A stretch of DNA of 64,000 nucleotides from Mitosporidium daphniae (lineage: Eukaryota), in contig NW_013546645.1 in assembly GCF_000760515.2 (NCBI RefSeq), positions 1 through 64,000 of the forward strand. The letters run 5' to 3'. This document shows, in pieces, positions 23,717 through 35,406 of this stretch. The translations under genes were made by a program, and so were the position numbers. The notes under the pieces are model-generated. The model ran no database searches. It was not told the DNA's origin and saw only the letters and a list, made by a program, of their open reading frames with translations. Positions within the stretch are counted from its first letter, which is position 1. The number at the start of each line of letters is the position of its first letter.

Positions 23717-23833
23717 CGATCGATAGAGTTGCGGAAATTCGGCAATTGCTAAACATCATAAGCCGGCACCACGGTGATTGGTAGGAATGCAAGGATTTGT
23801 ATTAAAATTTGCAAATAAAAATTAATTCTTAAA

Positions 23834-24659
23834 ATGGTAAGCTTTGCTCAATAACTGCAGCTTAGTCTTCAAGACTGTCCTTCGATGAAAAGCGAAAGCG
23901 GCTTTGCGACCTTTTTTATGAAAAGGTTTCAACTTGGTGTTTATTTTGGTAGAAAGACTTTTTCCAACTGCGGGATCTTGAAAAAATGGCTCCAAAGCTA
24001 AAGGGAATCGGTACGGTCGATGGTGTTGCATTACTTGGTAGTTTCTCAAAGTGTAAAGGAGGTTTTGCAGTCTCTTGTTGATGACAACCTTGTGTGTCGA
24101 GAAAAAATCGGAAGCTCCAATTACTTTTGGTCGTTTCCATCAACCGCCATTCAAAGCGTATGCAACTGCTTGTCTGATTTGAATTTTAGCGCAAGGTGCA
24201 AATCAGTCGACTGGAAGAGAGTGTTGAAAAGATTAGGTCCTCCATTTCAGAAATGCAAAGTAAAATCGAGGAGGCAAGCATTGATAAGGAAGAAACGGTA
24301 CGTACATGCTTGTGAGACAATCGTTTTGTAGGACGAGTATTTGGCATTCCAAAGCCAATATGCAGATCTGGACTCGCAGCGGAAAAAATTCTCCGAAGAA
24401 ATCGATAAATATAAGGAGGTCGATCCCGAGCTGTTCCGTGCAAAGAGTACCAACGCATACGAGTAGTCTCATTTGATAGAAATCGAAGTGGAGGAAATCA
24501 AAAAGCGCGTAAATATTTGGATAGGTTCTGCGTTTTGCCGGCTAATTTTTAGACAACATCTTTACACTGCGCTCGTATTGCATCAATAATTTTGGCACTT
24601 CTGAAGCCGATTTTAATGCCCAATTTGAAATTCCCGACGATCTGGACTATGCTGATTAA
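23834..24659 (+). CDS. MND1: Meiotic nuclear division protein Mnd1
   Basis: Seven micro-introns. Spliced [84 protein letters not shown]. Confidence 0.93.
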
Positions 24660-24697
24660 TAAAATTTAAATTATATTTTTCAATTGCAACCATCGTA

Positions 24698-25053
24698 ATG
24701 GTACGTAGCGGCCCCTGGCCTTCCCTTTTGATGATAGATCTTTTACTCGCTGTTTAAAACACTTGTTGGCGGGATCGTCTCTGTTGAACTGAAGAATGGA
24801 ATGATCGTCACAGGAACGCTGACAAATGTCGACCAATATCTAAACATCAGGCTTGCAGACATCCAAGTCTCGGATCAGATCACCTATCCCCACATGGTAT
24901 GTTGCCGCAGCTCATTGTGTTTAGATCAGCGTTAAGAACTGTTTCATACGCGGATCTGCAATAAGATACATCAGCATTGCACCAGAGTCGATAGACACCC
25001 CATTGCTGCAAGAGGCGTCAAGGCGAGCACTGATAACTACAAATTCCAAATAA
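24698..25053 (+). CDS. LSM2: U6 snRNP Sm-like protein Lsm2 (absent from ORF track)
   Basis: ATG followed by intron 24701-24737, then IFYSLFKTLVG..VELKN..GTLTNVDQYLNIRL..YPHM, intron, ISVKNCFIRGS. Confidence 0.93.
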
Positions 25054-25084
25054 ATAAAATTTCACATTTCATTCCATCATTGCA

Positions 25085-26730
25085 ATGGGTAGCCCCCTTT
25101 TAGACCGGCTTGGCACTTTTTTGGAGAGCAGCGTTCGTCCTCGCTTAAAGGCGATCTCGATAATTTTATTTGCACTCTCCGTGGGGCTCTTTTTGGCCTC
25201 GCCCTTTTTGTCCAAAAAAACCTATATCGACGAGAGGGCACTGCTAAACGAATATGTATGACAGCTTTGTAATTATTTAGGCATGGAATATTTACAAACC
25301 AACCGATGCCATTGGTATTTCTGGGTATCAGACCATTATCTCGTCAATATTAAATGAGAACAACAGTGCGAATGTAAACCCCCTATCAGCGGCTATAATT
25401 AGTCTATTTGAAAAATCGGGCTTTGGCGCATTCCAAGAGGACCGGTGGACAGCATCAAATGTATGTGCCTGATTCGCTCTTTATTTAGAACTTGACCCTT
25501 GTCAATATTATTGGATTGTACAAAGCGCCCCGATCTGATGGCTCAGAGTCGATTTTGCTCGGGGCCAATATGGGGTCCAAAAACTTTGCCCTAGAAGCAA
25601 GCTTAATCCTTTCATTGGTCTCGGCTCTATCAAGTAATTCCAATAGGCTCAATAATTTTATAGAGGATGTCCCATGGTCTAAAGACATTCTTGTAGTCTT
25701 TTCTGGTGCGGGAGCTGCTGGATTTGAAAGGTTCCTTCAGCAATATCACAATGGCCGGACGGCGAATTATCTTCCCATCTCAGCATCTTTCATTCAATGG
25801 GCGTTATTGTTGGATTTTTCAAAAAATGCAGGCAGCTCCATTATGGGGCTGGAGCTTGACATTGGTATCATGAAATGTTCTTGCCATAGGCGGACCAAGA
25901 GGACTGCTTCCAAATCTGGATTTTGTGAATGTAATCATCAAAGCGTGTGAGGTGAGAAAAATTCCGGTGTCTATTAAGGGGCCTTGCGTAGGGAGAGCCC
26001 TTGGGGAATCTTCCTCTAGTCTTTTGGCTAATGGTCTTTTGAATATTGCAAGCTTTTTGGCCAAAATGTGCTTCTCTCGGCTTTTTCAAAGCTCTCTGCA
26101 TTTCAAGTTCCCAGAGTAGGGCCTTTTGATTTACTTGCATTTTAGACGTAGAATTTCTGCACTTACCATTGCTTCAGTATGTGATTCAGACTCCCTTTCC
26201 ACATCACAGCCAATTGAGCTCCATTCGATAGCAGAGTACTGTGATTCCCAATGCCTTATTATCATAGAGTGCTTGAAAGCATGATCCGGAGCTGTAGTAA
26301 TCTTATAGAAAGGTTCCACCATTCCACCAATACCTATGTCTTAATATCCAAAGATAGATACATTGACGGAGTGATTTTTTTTCTGGTAGCCCTGATTGCT
26401 ATTGCCGCTTTGTTTCTGATTGCATATCACTTTGGAGAAGACTCAAGCCCCATTTTGTTCCGATGGAACCCTGTATTTTCGGTACTTAGCCTGTGCAATT
26501 CTTATTTTGCTATATTTGAATATCTTTCCTTTGATATGAACTACCATTCATCCATAATCTTGTGCTCCCTTTCTTCTATATGTTTTTTCAAGAGACTTCA
26601 AGTGCATAGTGCTTATCTTTTGGCCCTTGATATTCTTTCCTGCTTCTCTCTAGCTTTTACTAACATATTTTGTGGAATACTGTTATCTTGGCTAACATTT
26701 CTAAAATTTTTAATTTTAATAAAAGGTTAG
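25085..26730 (+). CDS. GAA1: GPI transamidase subunit Gaa1
   Basis: TYIDERALL, WSKDILVVF, GLLPNLDFVN, ESMIRSCSNLIERFHHS, C-terminal TM helices. Several micro-introns. Confidence 0.85.
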
Positions 26731-27139
26731 TTGTCCGTAAATTTTAAACCCTGCTATGGTCATCATTTTTGTGGCAAAGCAGCGGCTGAATGATCGAATG
26801 GCTGGCCCACAATTGAACCTGAAATTTAATTAATTTTTAGGGTTAAAGAGGCTATTTGGTAACAAATCCGATCAAATTCCAACGTGTTGTTTTTTGAACA
26901 AATTTCGTTTTCAGATCGATTTTGCATGCAATTTTAGGGTTTTTTCTCAGCATACAGAGAATGTTCCAAAAATTGACCCCCTCAAGTTTTGTGTTGGCCT
27001 CTCCATCGCCATGACAAAGAAAATAGCTTCAAACAATGCACGTCGTTTTGAAATAATGTACCTCATTTCGAGGTTTCCTATATGCCCTTTGCATGTGATG
27101 TGAGCAAACCCTCCAATTTTGGGTTGAATTTTAAATTTT

Positions 27140-27511
27140 ATGCCCTTTCTTTCATCTCTGCTTTATGATGAAATAACTTTGAAGCGGCGAAACGATGTTG
27201 ACTATACTTGCTTTTATAGAGTGCACGCCTCCATCAAAGAGCTACAAATAAGGAAGAGGCTCCTATTGGTGCAGCTGTATGGTGCAAGAAATGGGTCTCT
27301 CCTCCTTATAGACATTTCAAAGATTTGCATCGATCCCGGCGTAAATGTTTGCGACGGTGATATTCTTGCTTTGTGCAAATTCGAAGGCGTATTTATTTCG
27401 CACACAAATGGAGACGTGCTGCCGCTGTTTGAGGCGGTCCTCATCAGACCAATCGTGCTGGCATCCAGTGACGATTTGAGGCTATTTCATGATGCGGTCA
27501 GTATTTTTTAA
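27140..27511 (+). CDS. Small OB-fold-like protein, possibly Ten1 (CST complex)
   Basis: 123 aa, beta-rich. The C-terminal EAVLIRPI..DLRLFHDAV resembles the Ten1/RPA3-type terminal helix; the match is weak. Confidence 0.4.
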   Translation: MPFLSSLLYDEITLKRRNDVDYTCFYRVHASIKELQIRKRLLLVQLYGARNGSLLLIDISKICIDPGVNVCDGDILALCKFEGVFISHTNGDVLPLFEAVLIRPIVLASSDDLRLFHDAVSIF

Positions 27512-27568
27512 ATGGAGTAAACTCAATTAATTTTTGAATTCTTTCTATTGATTTCCCCAACCAATCTG

Positions 27569-27869
27569 ATGAAGCCCCATAATTATAGCTTGAACTTTAA
27601 AAAGTTCAGATTGTCAAGGGACCGAAGCGGCATGGAAACGCCGTGCTTAACTGAATTGGTTGCGCTTTTGGCATGTTGGCGTACCCAGGGCGTGGATTGC
27701 AGCATATGTGCCTCTCTTGTTAGCGCGCTCACGAGCTGCCGGAGCTCGATAAATGTTGGCGCCCATTTGGACTGATCATTTTTTACTTTAGAAAGCCCAA
27801 AGAGCCCCGGACAACACATACCTTGTGGAAAACTTGATCAAGGCACACAGGAAAACCCCGGAATCTTAA
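27569..27869 (+). CDS. Twin CX9C protein, mitoribosomal mS37 (Mrp10/CHCHD1)-like
   Basis: PCLTELVALLACW..CASLVSALTSC (two CX9C motifs), basic N-terminus, one intron starting ~27754. Confidence 0.75.
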
Positions 27870-27919
27870 ATTATTTTTGTCAGTAAAGATTTTTGTAAAA
27901 TACTTTGTTTCCAGAATTT

Positions 27920-30417
27920 ATGTCCAAATTCGGCCAAAATTATTCGGAAAATATCCTCACCATTGACGATGATGATAGCGAGGATGGTATTTTGACGACC
28001 AAAGATGGGCACAAAGAAGACACTGATTTTGGAATTCTTGTCTCAGACGCAAACCTCGACAATGTCCTAAGGATCCTTTCCCACCAAATCGATCTCGAAA
28101 TTCTATACAAGCACCAGGAAAAGATGCTGCTGCTCAAGTGCATCAAGTATTCAGAAAATCTTCTGGATGTCCTTTCACGACTTGCATATCTTGGTATTTC
28201 GGATTGGTTTATTATATTTGTAGAGTGTTTCAACACAGACAGCGGAGAGCTACAAAGACTTTCCGCCAGAGAAACAGATGGTTTCCACTCTTCGCCATCA
28301 TACAGTAGAAAGCGAAGGTCAGACCGAACAATTCAATATGAGATTCTTTCAGACGGCTCTTTTGTCAAGTTTGGCTTTGATCAATGTGTAACCTTAGGCT
28401 TGTATGCCCCATTTGCAAAGAAGAGTTGTTTGCAAATATCCTTGGGCTGAAGAATCATTGCAGGATAAGACATGGGCTGGAATTGTATACACGCGAAGCG
28501 TGCATTGCCAAGTGTGGCATCGCCGTGGTATGTCTATTTCAACGCTCAAAGTCCAGGATGTATCGGAAGTGCCCACTTCCTTTTTTGAGAAAAGACAGCG
28601 TGTCCTCACCTCAGATATGCAGTTGGCAAAGATCACAACCATGGATAATGAACTCAGGCGCTCAACTAGTCCTCCTACGGTGGACGGCCAAACCGAGGAA
28701 AGCAGATTTTATGTGTACAAGAAAATTGTCATCGGGGCCTTTGTCAAGAAGCTGCTTCTGGCCGATGAACATACAAGCCATGATGGATACCAATATTCGT
28801 ACAAATGGAAGCTGTTCATCAACGGCCCCCCTGAAGTATGCACGGTTTTTAATGGTAGGACAGAGACATCCATCTATTCATTCGCGCGGTGACATTCACA
28901 ATTGTGGATACCGGGGAGAGTGTGAGAATATTTAGGCCTCCCTTTTTATTGTCAAAATTTGCCATTCAAGAATTGGCTGTTAAAATCGAGATTTTCTTTT
29001 TCAACGATTGCCATCCGATGAAGGAGCTCGTTGTCGGCATCGGATTTGAAAAGGCCAAATACTACTCGTATTGCATGGCCTTCCAGAAGGAGCACATCTG
29101 CGCCATTGACAGGCGCATTCCGCTTCAGACAAGCGAGGAATATGAGAACATATATTTGTCCCAACTCCACGGGCTCCATGTCGTTGAAAAGAGGGAGGAT
29201 CATGAAGAGAGTCTCACAAACGAGCTCGAAAATGCGGTTCCGAAAAGGAAAAAAATACTGACGCCTCGAATCCAAGCTATCGACTCTTCTTCGCCCACGT
29301 TGCAGGCGCAAGGCTCAAAGACTTGCCCTCCATTGCTGTATTTTAGAAGAGAATCCAAAAACATCACACCATCTGATTTGGATTCCATGCTCAAAATATT
29401 GTTTCCTGCGATTTTTCCCTTGTGGGGAGAGTGTTGTAAAGTAAATCCCTATTACTACTATCCAATTGCCGGGTCTTCCAAGGAGTTTCATGACATTTGG
29501 AGCATTTATAAAAGAAAATCCGTGTCGTTTATTTGGTCCAAAAATATTTCCCTTGCTGCAAGGATCTACTGGAGGCTAAAAAGCCCCATTCCTCTATCTC
29601 AAATCATATCTTGGTCCACTAACCCCGCCATTCAGCTATGTGACATCCGTCCCTATCCACATGCCGATAAAGTTGTTGCTGCTTTGGGGTCGGCGTCTCA
29701 TTTTTCGCCTTTGCTCTCGAAAGATGTATTTCAAAAGACCTCAAGCAGGGATCATTGGAAGGATATGATATTATCTTTGCAAGGACAGGGTCATTTGACC
29801 GACCAAGCGCTGTATTGTCGATATTGCGGCAGACCTTTTCCGCTAAGCCAAGTATCAGGGTCAAACTTGGCCTCTCATTACAAGAGGTGTCCACTGAAGC
29901 CTTTGCGAAATGACCTATCCACAATACTGCAAACATCGTCTTCCAATTCACGGCTGAATTTCCCCAGAGAACTGTGGAGGGATGTGGAGTTCCGGCGGTT
30001 TTGGCTGGCCCCGGTATTTTTTTCATCCCAAAAGCCTCTGATCTCAAAGAAAGAGTCAATCGATATATGGTGGATTTGGGAGAATTTGCCAAAAAAGCCG
30101 CTTGCAACCCTGCCCCGGTTTGGCCTGCTTGAAAAAAGCGACTTTATCCCGATTGGCGTGCTGTTTTCAAAGGTAACATCATGCGGTAATTGCTTACAAA
30201 TTAGGTACTCGAGCTATTTGTTGAAGAAATGCTTGCACGATCAATATACCAAGCACGCCTGCATACATCGGAAAAAAGCGAGTATCAAGAACGCTGCATA
30301 ACGCCAATGCATGTGTTTAGGGCAATTTTCAGCCATACCCACCATCTTCACAACCAGTCTCAAAAGAACGACAAGATCGATGGCATTCTGGCCTTGTTTT
30401 CAAGTAAATTCAAATAA
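27920..30417 (+). CDS. Ahc1/YEATS2-like HAT-complex subunit (Zn finger + YEATS + C-terminal histone fold)
   Basis: QIDLEILYKHQE, CPIC..FANILGLKNHCRIRH, RFYVYKKIVIG, YKWKLFI, RPPFLLS, spliced C-terminal LFVEEMLARS..ITPMHVFRAI. Confidence 0.75.
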
Positions 30418-30567
30418 ACCAATCAACCCCTCCCCCTCCCCACTTGAGGCTCAGAACTGCACGGTAATTGTAAATTTTAGCTGCAATGAAAGTTGGTGAT
30501 TTGAATGAGATGGCCACATCATGGTGACATTAAATTATAAATTGGTGTCCATGCATTTTTAAATATC

Positions 30568-32262
30568 ATGGGACGCCCCCTTTCTCCGATAGATCAAGAG
30601 ACCGCTACTGTTGAGCCGATTTCTGTTTCTGGAGACGACTTTGAATGCGCACAAGTTGTTTCCAGCCATGCTGAGAGATGCCCAGAGCCCGATGTCGGGG
30701 CTGTTGATTTGATATCCGAGGATGTCAATAAAATCATGGATTCGCTAAAGCTCGCCCCCGCTCTTAAAGAAGACCCACTGGCCATCAATGAGCATTTTGA
30801 TGTCTCCGAGGAAATCTCCGGCCGCACTGAGGAGCCTCATGTTGCCAATGAGGAGAAACCTTTTCTGCCAATTAATAGATCATGTCTTGATGAGGAGTGC
30901 GAGGCCTTTTGTAGGCACATCAACTGCATCTTGCCGGTTGAAAAGTTTGCGATCCTCGAAAAAAACAAATATTTACCGTTGAAAGTAAGCAGCTTTTTCG
31001 ACTCTCTTCGAGATGGAGTTGTTCTGGCATTTCTTTTAAATGCCATCCAGCCAAATATGATCCCCATTTCATCCATTTGTATCGGCATCAAGATATCGAA
31101 AATGAAGTCGTCATATAAGGCCCTGCACAATTTGAATGAAAATCTCAGACTTGTCCTAGATGGTGCAAAGAAGATCCGCTCCATTCATCTTGTAAATATC
31201 GGTGCCGAGGATATTCAGTCTGGAAACAAGCATCTGATTTTGGGACTTGTTTGGCAGCTGATCCGTCAATGGTATGTGTCCGGTCTCAATAATTTATCCC
31301 CGCCTGCTTCAGAAGATAAGATCGCCTCGACATCCCAGAAAGACCTGTCTGCAGAAGGTATTCTGATTCGCTGGATCAATGACATACTTTGTCTTGACCA
31401 GCCAATCAGCAACCTCGGTGGCGATATGGCAGATTGCAAAATATACGCAATGCTGTTGGACAAAATCTTTGAAAGCGACCAAAATGGCCAGAAAATTGGC
31501 GAACTCGTCGAAAAGGAGCCCAACTATGAGGCCAGAGCAGCCTTGATTACGACTTTGATGTCCTCAAAACTTCCATATGTTCGAGCTGAAGATATCTCCA
31601 ATCCAAGATTGAATCTATGCATCGTTGCAGATTTGTTCAAGTGCTCCCAATCCGTGGTGAAGAACCATGCTGAGGAAGTCAAGAATAGCCGGGCAGAAAT
31701 TAGTGGCTGGGAGGCTACTCTTCAAGCGGAACGGTCGTCATATGCTAGCCAACTGGCCAGCCTTTCCGAGCAACATTCAAAGACCATCGAAGAGTTGGAG
31801 CAAAAGCTGTCCCAAACGTACACGTTTTTCAATGAGCAGCAACGGGCATGGGAGCAGCAATCGGACTCTGTCGGCATAGCCATAGCAGCATTGGCCACCA
31901 GGATCAACCACATTTCCCCCGAGGGCGGAAAAGATCTTCTTCCACTGTCCACCCTGCTTCAAAACAGCTCATCATCTATGGAGCTGATATCATATTGCCA
32001 GACACAGCTGGACAGGATTGAAGCCTTTCAAAAGCGATTGCTTGACGATAAGAGCAAGCTTTGTACGACAATTTCCCTCAACAAGCATGCAAATGAATTG
32101 ATGTCTGCACGCGTGCGCGAGTTTTCGCAAGAGCTTGCCGAGAAAAAGAAAGCTCCTAGTGTGTCTTCAAGGGGCGCAAAATCGCTTTACTTCAAAAGCA
32201 AAATTCTTTCCTGGGGATCTGGAGCATCTTCTGCAAGAGGAGTGAGATCGGAATTGAATTAA
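30568..32262 (+). CDS. Fimbrin/plastin-type single actin-binding domain (2 CH) plus coiled coil
   Basis: FCRHINCIL, LRDGVVL, LVNIGAEDI..HLILGLVWQLIR, EGILIRWIN, NPRLNL..VADLF, then a heptad-rich region. Confidence 0.8.
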   Translation: MGRPLSPIDQETATVEPISVSGDDFECAQVVSSHAERCPEPDVGAVDLISEDVNKIMDSLKLAPALKEDPLAINEHFDVSEEISGRTEEPHVANEEKPFLPINRSCLDEECEAFCRHINCILPVEKFAILEKNKYLPLKVSSFFDSLRDGVVLAFLLNAIQPNMIPISSICIGIKISKMKSSYKALHNLNENLRLVLDGAKKIRSIHLVNIGAEDIQSGNKHLILGLVWQLIRQWYVSGLNNLSPPASEDKIASTSQKDLSAEGILIRWINDILCLDQPISNLGGDMADCKIYAMLLDKIFESDQNGQKIGELVEKEPNYEARAALITTLMSSKLPYVRAEDISNPRLNLCIVADLFKCSQSVVKNHAEEVKNSRAEISGWEATLQAERSSYASQLASLSEQHSKTIEELEQKLSQTYTFFNEQQRAWEQQSDSVGIAIAALATRINHISPEGGKDLLPLSTLLQNSSSSMELISYCQTQLDRIEAFQKRLLDDKSKLCTTISLNKHANELMSARVREFSQELAEKKKAPSVSSRGAKSLYFKSKILSWGSGASSARGVRSELN

Positions 32263-32439
32263 ATTCTATCAGTAAACTTTGCAATGTTAAAGCTAATTAA
32301 TCGCCGGGCCTTCCAACGCATCATCTCATCATGTGCGCCGTGATGGCACCAAAGTTAACTAAAAACAGGCGCGATAAAATGATGTCACGTGTATTACAAA
32401 ATGGCTCACTATGTGTGTTACGGTCCGGTCCGATGCTTC

Positions 32440-33668
32440 TCACCAGTCTTCATCTGAAGATGGCGTCATACCGGGGGCCGAATCATTCATCATTCGCTTT
32501 GAGCGATCATCCAGTGCTTGTTTGAGGAGGCTCGCCATAATGTTTGTGGGAGAGGACGGTGCCTGCGATGCACTAGTGCTTGGAGGCGGGGGGCATGCTG
32601 GTGCTGCCTTAAGAGACTTGACACCGGCAGACCTGATACTATCCATCAGCGAATCCCTGCTGAAGCCTGACGAGGTTGCAGGCGCTAGAGTGGTGTCAGC
32701 TCGCTCCGAATAACCACTGTGTGGCGGAGATCTAGTCCCAGTAGTCATGATGGGCGGTGGGGGTGGTGTACGGGTTTTTTCCATAGGCGGCGGCACAGGA
32801 ACTTGTCTAGCCACGCTTGGCGCAGGGACTTGTTCAGACACGCTTGGCGTAGAGAGCTTTCTAGGCGCACTTGGCGCAGGTCTGGACGGCTTGGAGGGGG
32901 GTGGTAGTTGCGCGGAAGAAGGTTTCGTCTCATTCTCTTCGTGGCCTTGAGCTGTGTTTTTGTTCATAAATTCGTAGATAAATGTCGCAGTTTCCTTGTT
33001 CTGGAGCTGTTCCTGAGTGATACCGGCATTGGAAAAGACCGTTTTCCAGTCATCTGGAATGTTTTCCATGCTAAATCCGCTCTCTGGATCAAACCCAACA
33101 TGGCTCAAGTGTCTATCGAGTGTTAATAAAGCTACAAGTACTTGAATCCAAGCGGTGCGCCGATGCTTGGTCGCTTCGCTGCGCTCGACTTGCTGGAGGG
33201 AGCGGGTGCAGACACAGATCTGTCTGCAGGCCTGCCGGTGGCATTTGAGAGCTTTTTGTGCACCAGATCGTAAAATTGGACAGCCTCTGGCGTCTTTGCA
33301 AAACAGATGCCGATCATACAATCCTATCGAATTAGCGCGCGTCGCATACATCTCCGGGAAAGGAATGGAAATACGGCAGATCTTGCACATAGTCGACCGA
33401 GGTTTTCAACGCAAATTGCCAAAGAACCATCTCCGCCTCCATGTCGACGAGCTTCAGGACCAGCTGTTGCGAGGTAGGCTCCGTTAGCAGAGTCAACGCA
33501 CCCACCAACGCAACATCGGTCCATGCGTTCGGGTCCGGCTTTGCATAATAAATCTTTACAGCCACAGCAGTATGGATCTACAACACATCAATGGCCGCGG
33601 GGACATACCTGGGCAGCGGAGCCTAGGATTCTTTTGATTAGGCCTCTGCACTCCACGGGAATAGACAT
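32440..33668 (-). CDS. WASP-family Arp2/3 activator (WH1-CRIB-PRD-WH2-C-A)
   Basis: Three introns. WH1 region, IGAPLGFKHLSHVGFDPESGF (CRIB), polyPro, RDSLMDSIRSAG..LK (WH2), terminal DEDW. Confidence 0.92.
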
Positions 33669-33725
33669 GTAATTAATTAAAATTACCGAAAATTATTTAA
33701 TTAAATGGTCAATAATAAAATAGAG

Positions 33726-34001
33726 GCCAAGCTGAGAGTAGTCTGAATTGGGTTCTTTTCCATCTTGCGATGCAAAAGCTCTCATATTGCACTATCGAGC
33801 TACTGCCACAGGTGCTTCCAGCACTGCCAGCAGCAGCGTCGCGGATTTCTCCGGTCGTCCGCTATAGCGACTGGCAGAGTTTTTTTCTGTTGACCTGTTC
33901 CGCCTCTCGGCGGAAGCCCTCTCGGGCAAGTTTGCAGGCGATCTCAGACCTTCCCGAGGAGCATAAAACATATGCCCCTCAATTGAGAGCTTCAGCTTGG
34001 C
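33726..34001 (-). ncRNA. RPR1: Nuclear RNase P RNA
   Basis: Minus strand shows P1 GCCAAGCTGA/TCAGCTTGGC, P2 AGCTCTCA/TGAGAGCT, P3 GAGGGGCAT/ATGCTCCTC, CR-I GGGAAGGTCTGAG, CR-IV AGTGCAAT and CR-V AACCCAATTCAGACTAC. Confidence 0.93.
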
Positions 34002-34170
34002 AGCACCACAAAAAAATCGCCAAACTTAAAAGCAGGTCTGCAATTTTCGCTTGTGGGAAATTAGGGTTAGAGGGGACCATAAAGTTTAATCTTCAATTTA
34101 GCACGTCCAGTTAACCCGTTGTGCCTTCAAAATGGCCACATAGCGGCGGCGAGGGTAACATTCAGCCACA

Positions 34171-35353
34171 TTATAGAGACTTGAGGCGGTCGCGAAAGTA
34201 GGACTCAAGTACATTTGCACACTTGTAGTATGGTGTATGTTCCTGATTATATGCACGGCAGTTGTTGAACACCAACATCACGTCTTCGACGAATTCCTCG
34301 ATACTAACATAATGTCCTGCGAAAATACGTGTCCCAACTGTTTTGAGATCCATCGGTTGTTTAACAATGCTAAGATAGTCGGGCACATCTGAGATTTTCA
34401 CCGGCTCAAGGAACGGCCATGCTGAGTGATGCGTCTAGAATCAGAAAACAAAATACCTGAAGATCAACCAGCAATGATGCAAGTGCATCCTTGACAGAAA
34501 GGGGCCTTTTCAGCGGGTGTTGTCCATCTTCACACGAAGATTGCCACGGCCTCCCGGAAAGTCCTGCAATAGAAGACGGGTCTGCCACCGGAAAAGTGGC
34601 AAGCCCCGCATGTCGAACAAACGGTTCAGACGCTTTTCGTTGAATGGCGTTCATAAGTGCCTCGCGCTGGCACCCAATAAGCCGTCGCATGGAGAGGTAA
34701 TCTACAATTTCTGGGATCAGGCGGCATTCCATCAACGTGCCACCATCATAGTCTTTGATGAGCCCACCCCACACGGTTCTATCCAGCGTTATTTGACGTG
34801 AAAAGCCCTGTTTTTTAAAATACCCGACGGCGTAGTTGTCGGCATATGTCAACATAAATGTGATGCAAGGGTAGGTGGTGCGCACCCAGCTTTTCAGGAC
34901 GCTCATAAGGAATGCACCGTAGCCACGCACCTGCTCGGCAGATGAAATGGCACAAAAAACGATCTCTAGAAACGGGCGGTCAGGCCCGAAACGCCGTAGC
35001 GTAATACCGCCAAGTACACTTAGGTTCATGAGCGCGTGTGGAGGAATCTCTTCGCGGACCATCACATAGTCGACGGAAAGAGATGTAGAGGCATCTAACA
35101 TGTTGTCTTCACAAGGCTTTTCCGATGATGGCCGCAGTAGCTTCTCTGGAGTTGATAGGAGGATGATGCTTTCATGACGCCGGTCATAAATGAGCCGCGC
35201 AATGTATTCCCGTGGCATCTTGGGCAACTGCCGCTGGAAGATAATTTTCAGTTGGGTTAAATAAAAAAGACTGGCTCGTGTCTTATCGTTCCGTACCAGG
35301 AAACACCCGATGTGTCCCTCGCGATGCATCACATAGGGATCGCTAGTGGACAT
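34171..35353 (-). CDS. GCN5: Histone acetyltransferase Gcn5 (HAT + bromodomain)
   Basis: FQRQLPKMPREYIARL, EIVFCAI..EQVRGYG, LTYADNYAVGYFKKQGF, IKDYDGGTLMEC. A 22-nt intron (34435-34456) leads to the AWPFLEPV..PMDL bromodomain. Confidence 0.96.
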
Positions 35354-35406
35354 ATTAAAATTAGCCTCCAAGTGTTTAATTTTGTCTGTGTGCAGAATTT
35401 AGAAAT

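Noticed and set aside
26951..26962. U6 snRNA (ATACAGAGA box)
   Set aside because: Not followed by AGATTAGCATGG or the internal stem-loop.
33770..34114. 114-aa plus-strand ORF; also considered RNase MRP RNA on the plus strand
   Set aside because: The interval is explained by minus-strand RNase P RNA with exact CR-I/CR-V motifs. The AGCTCTC/GAGAGCT pair is its P2 helix.
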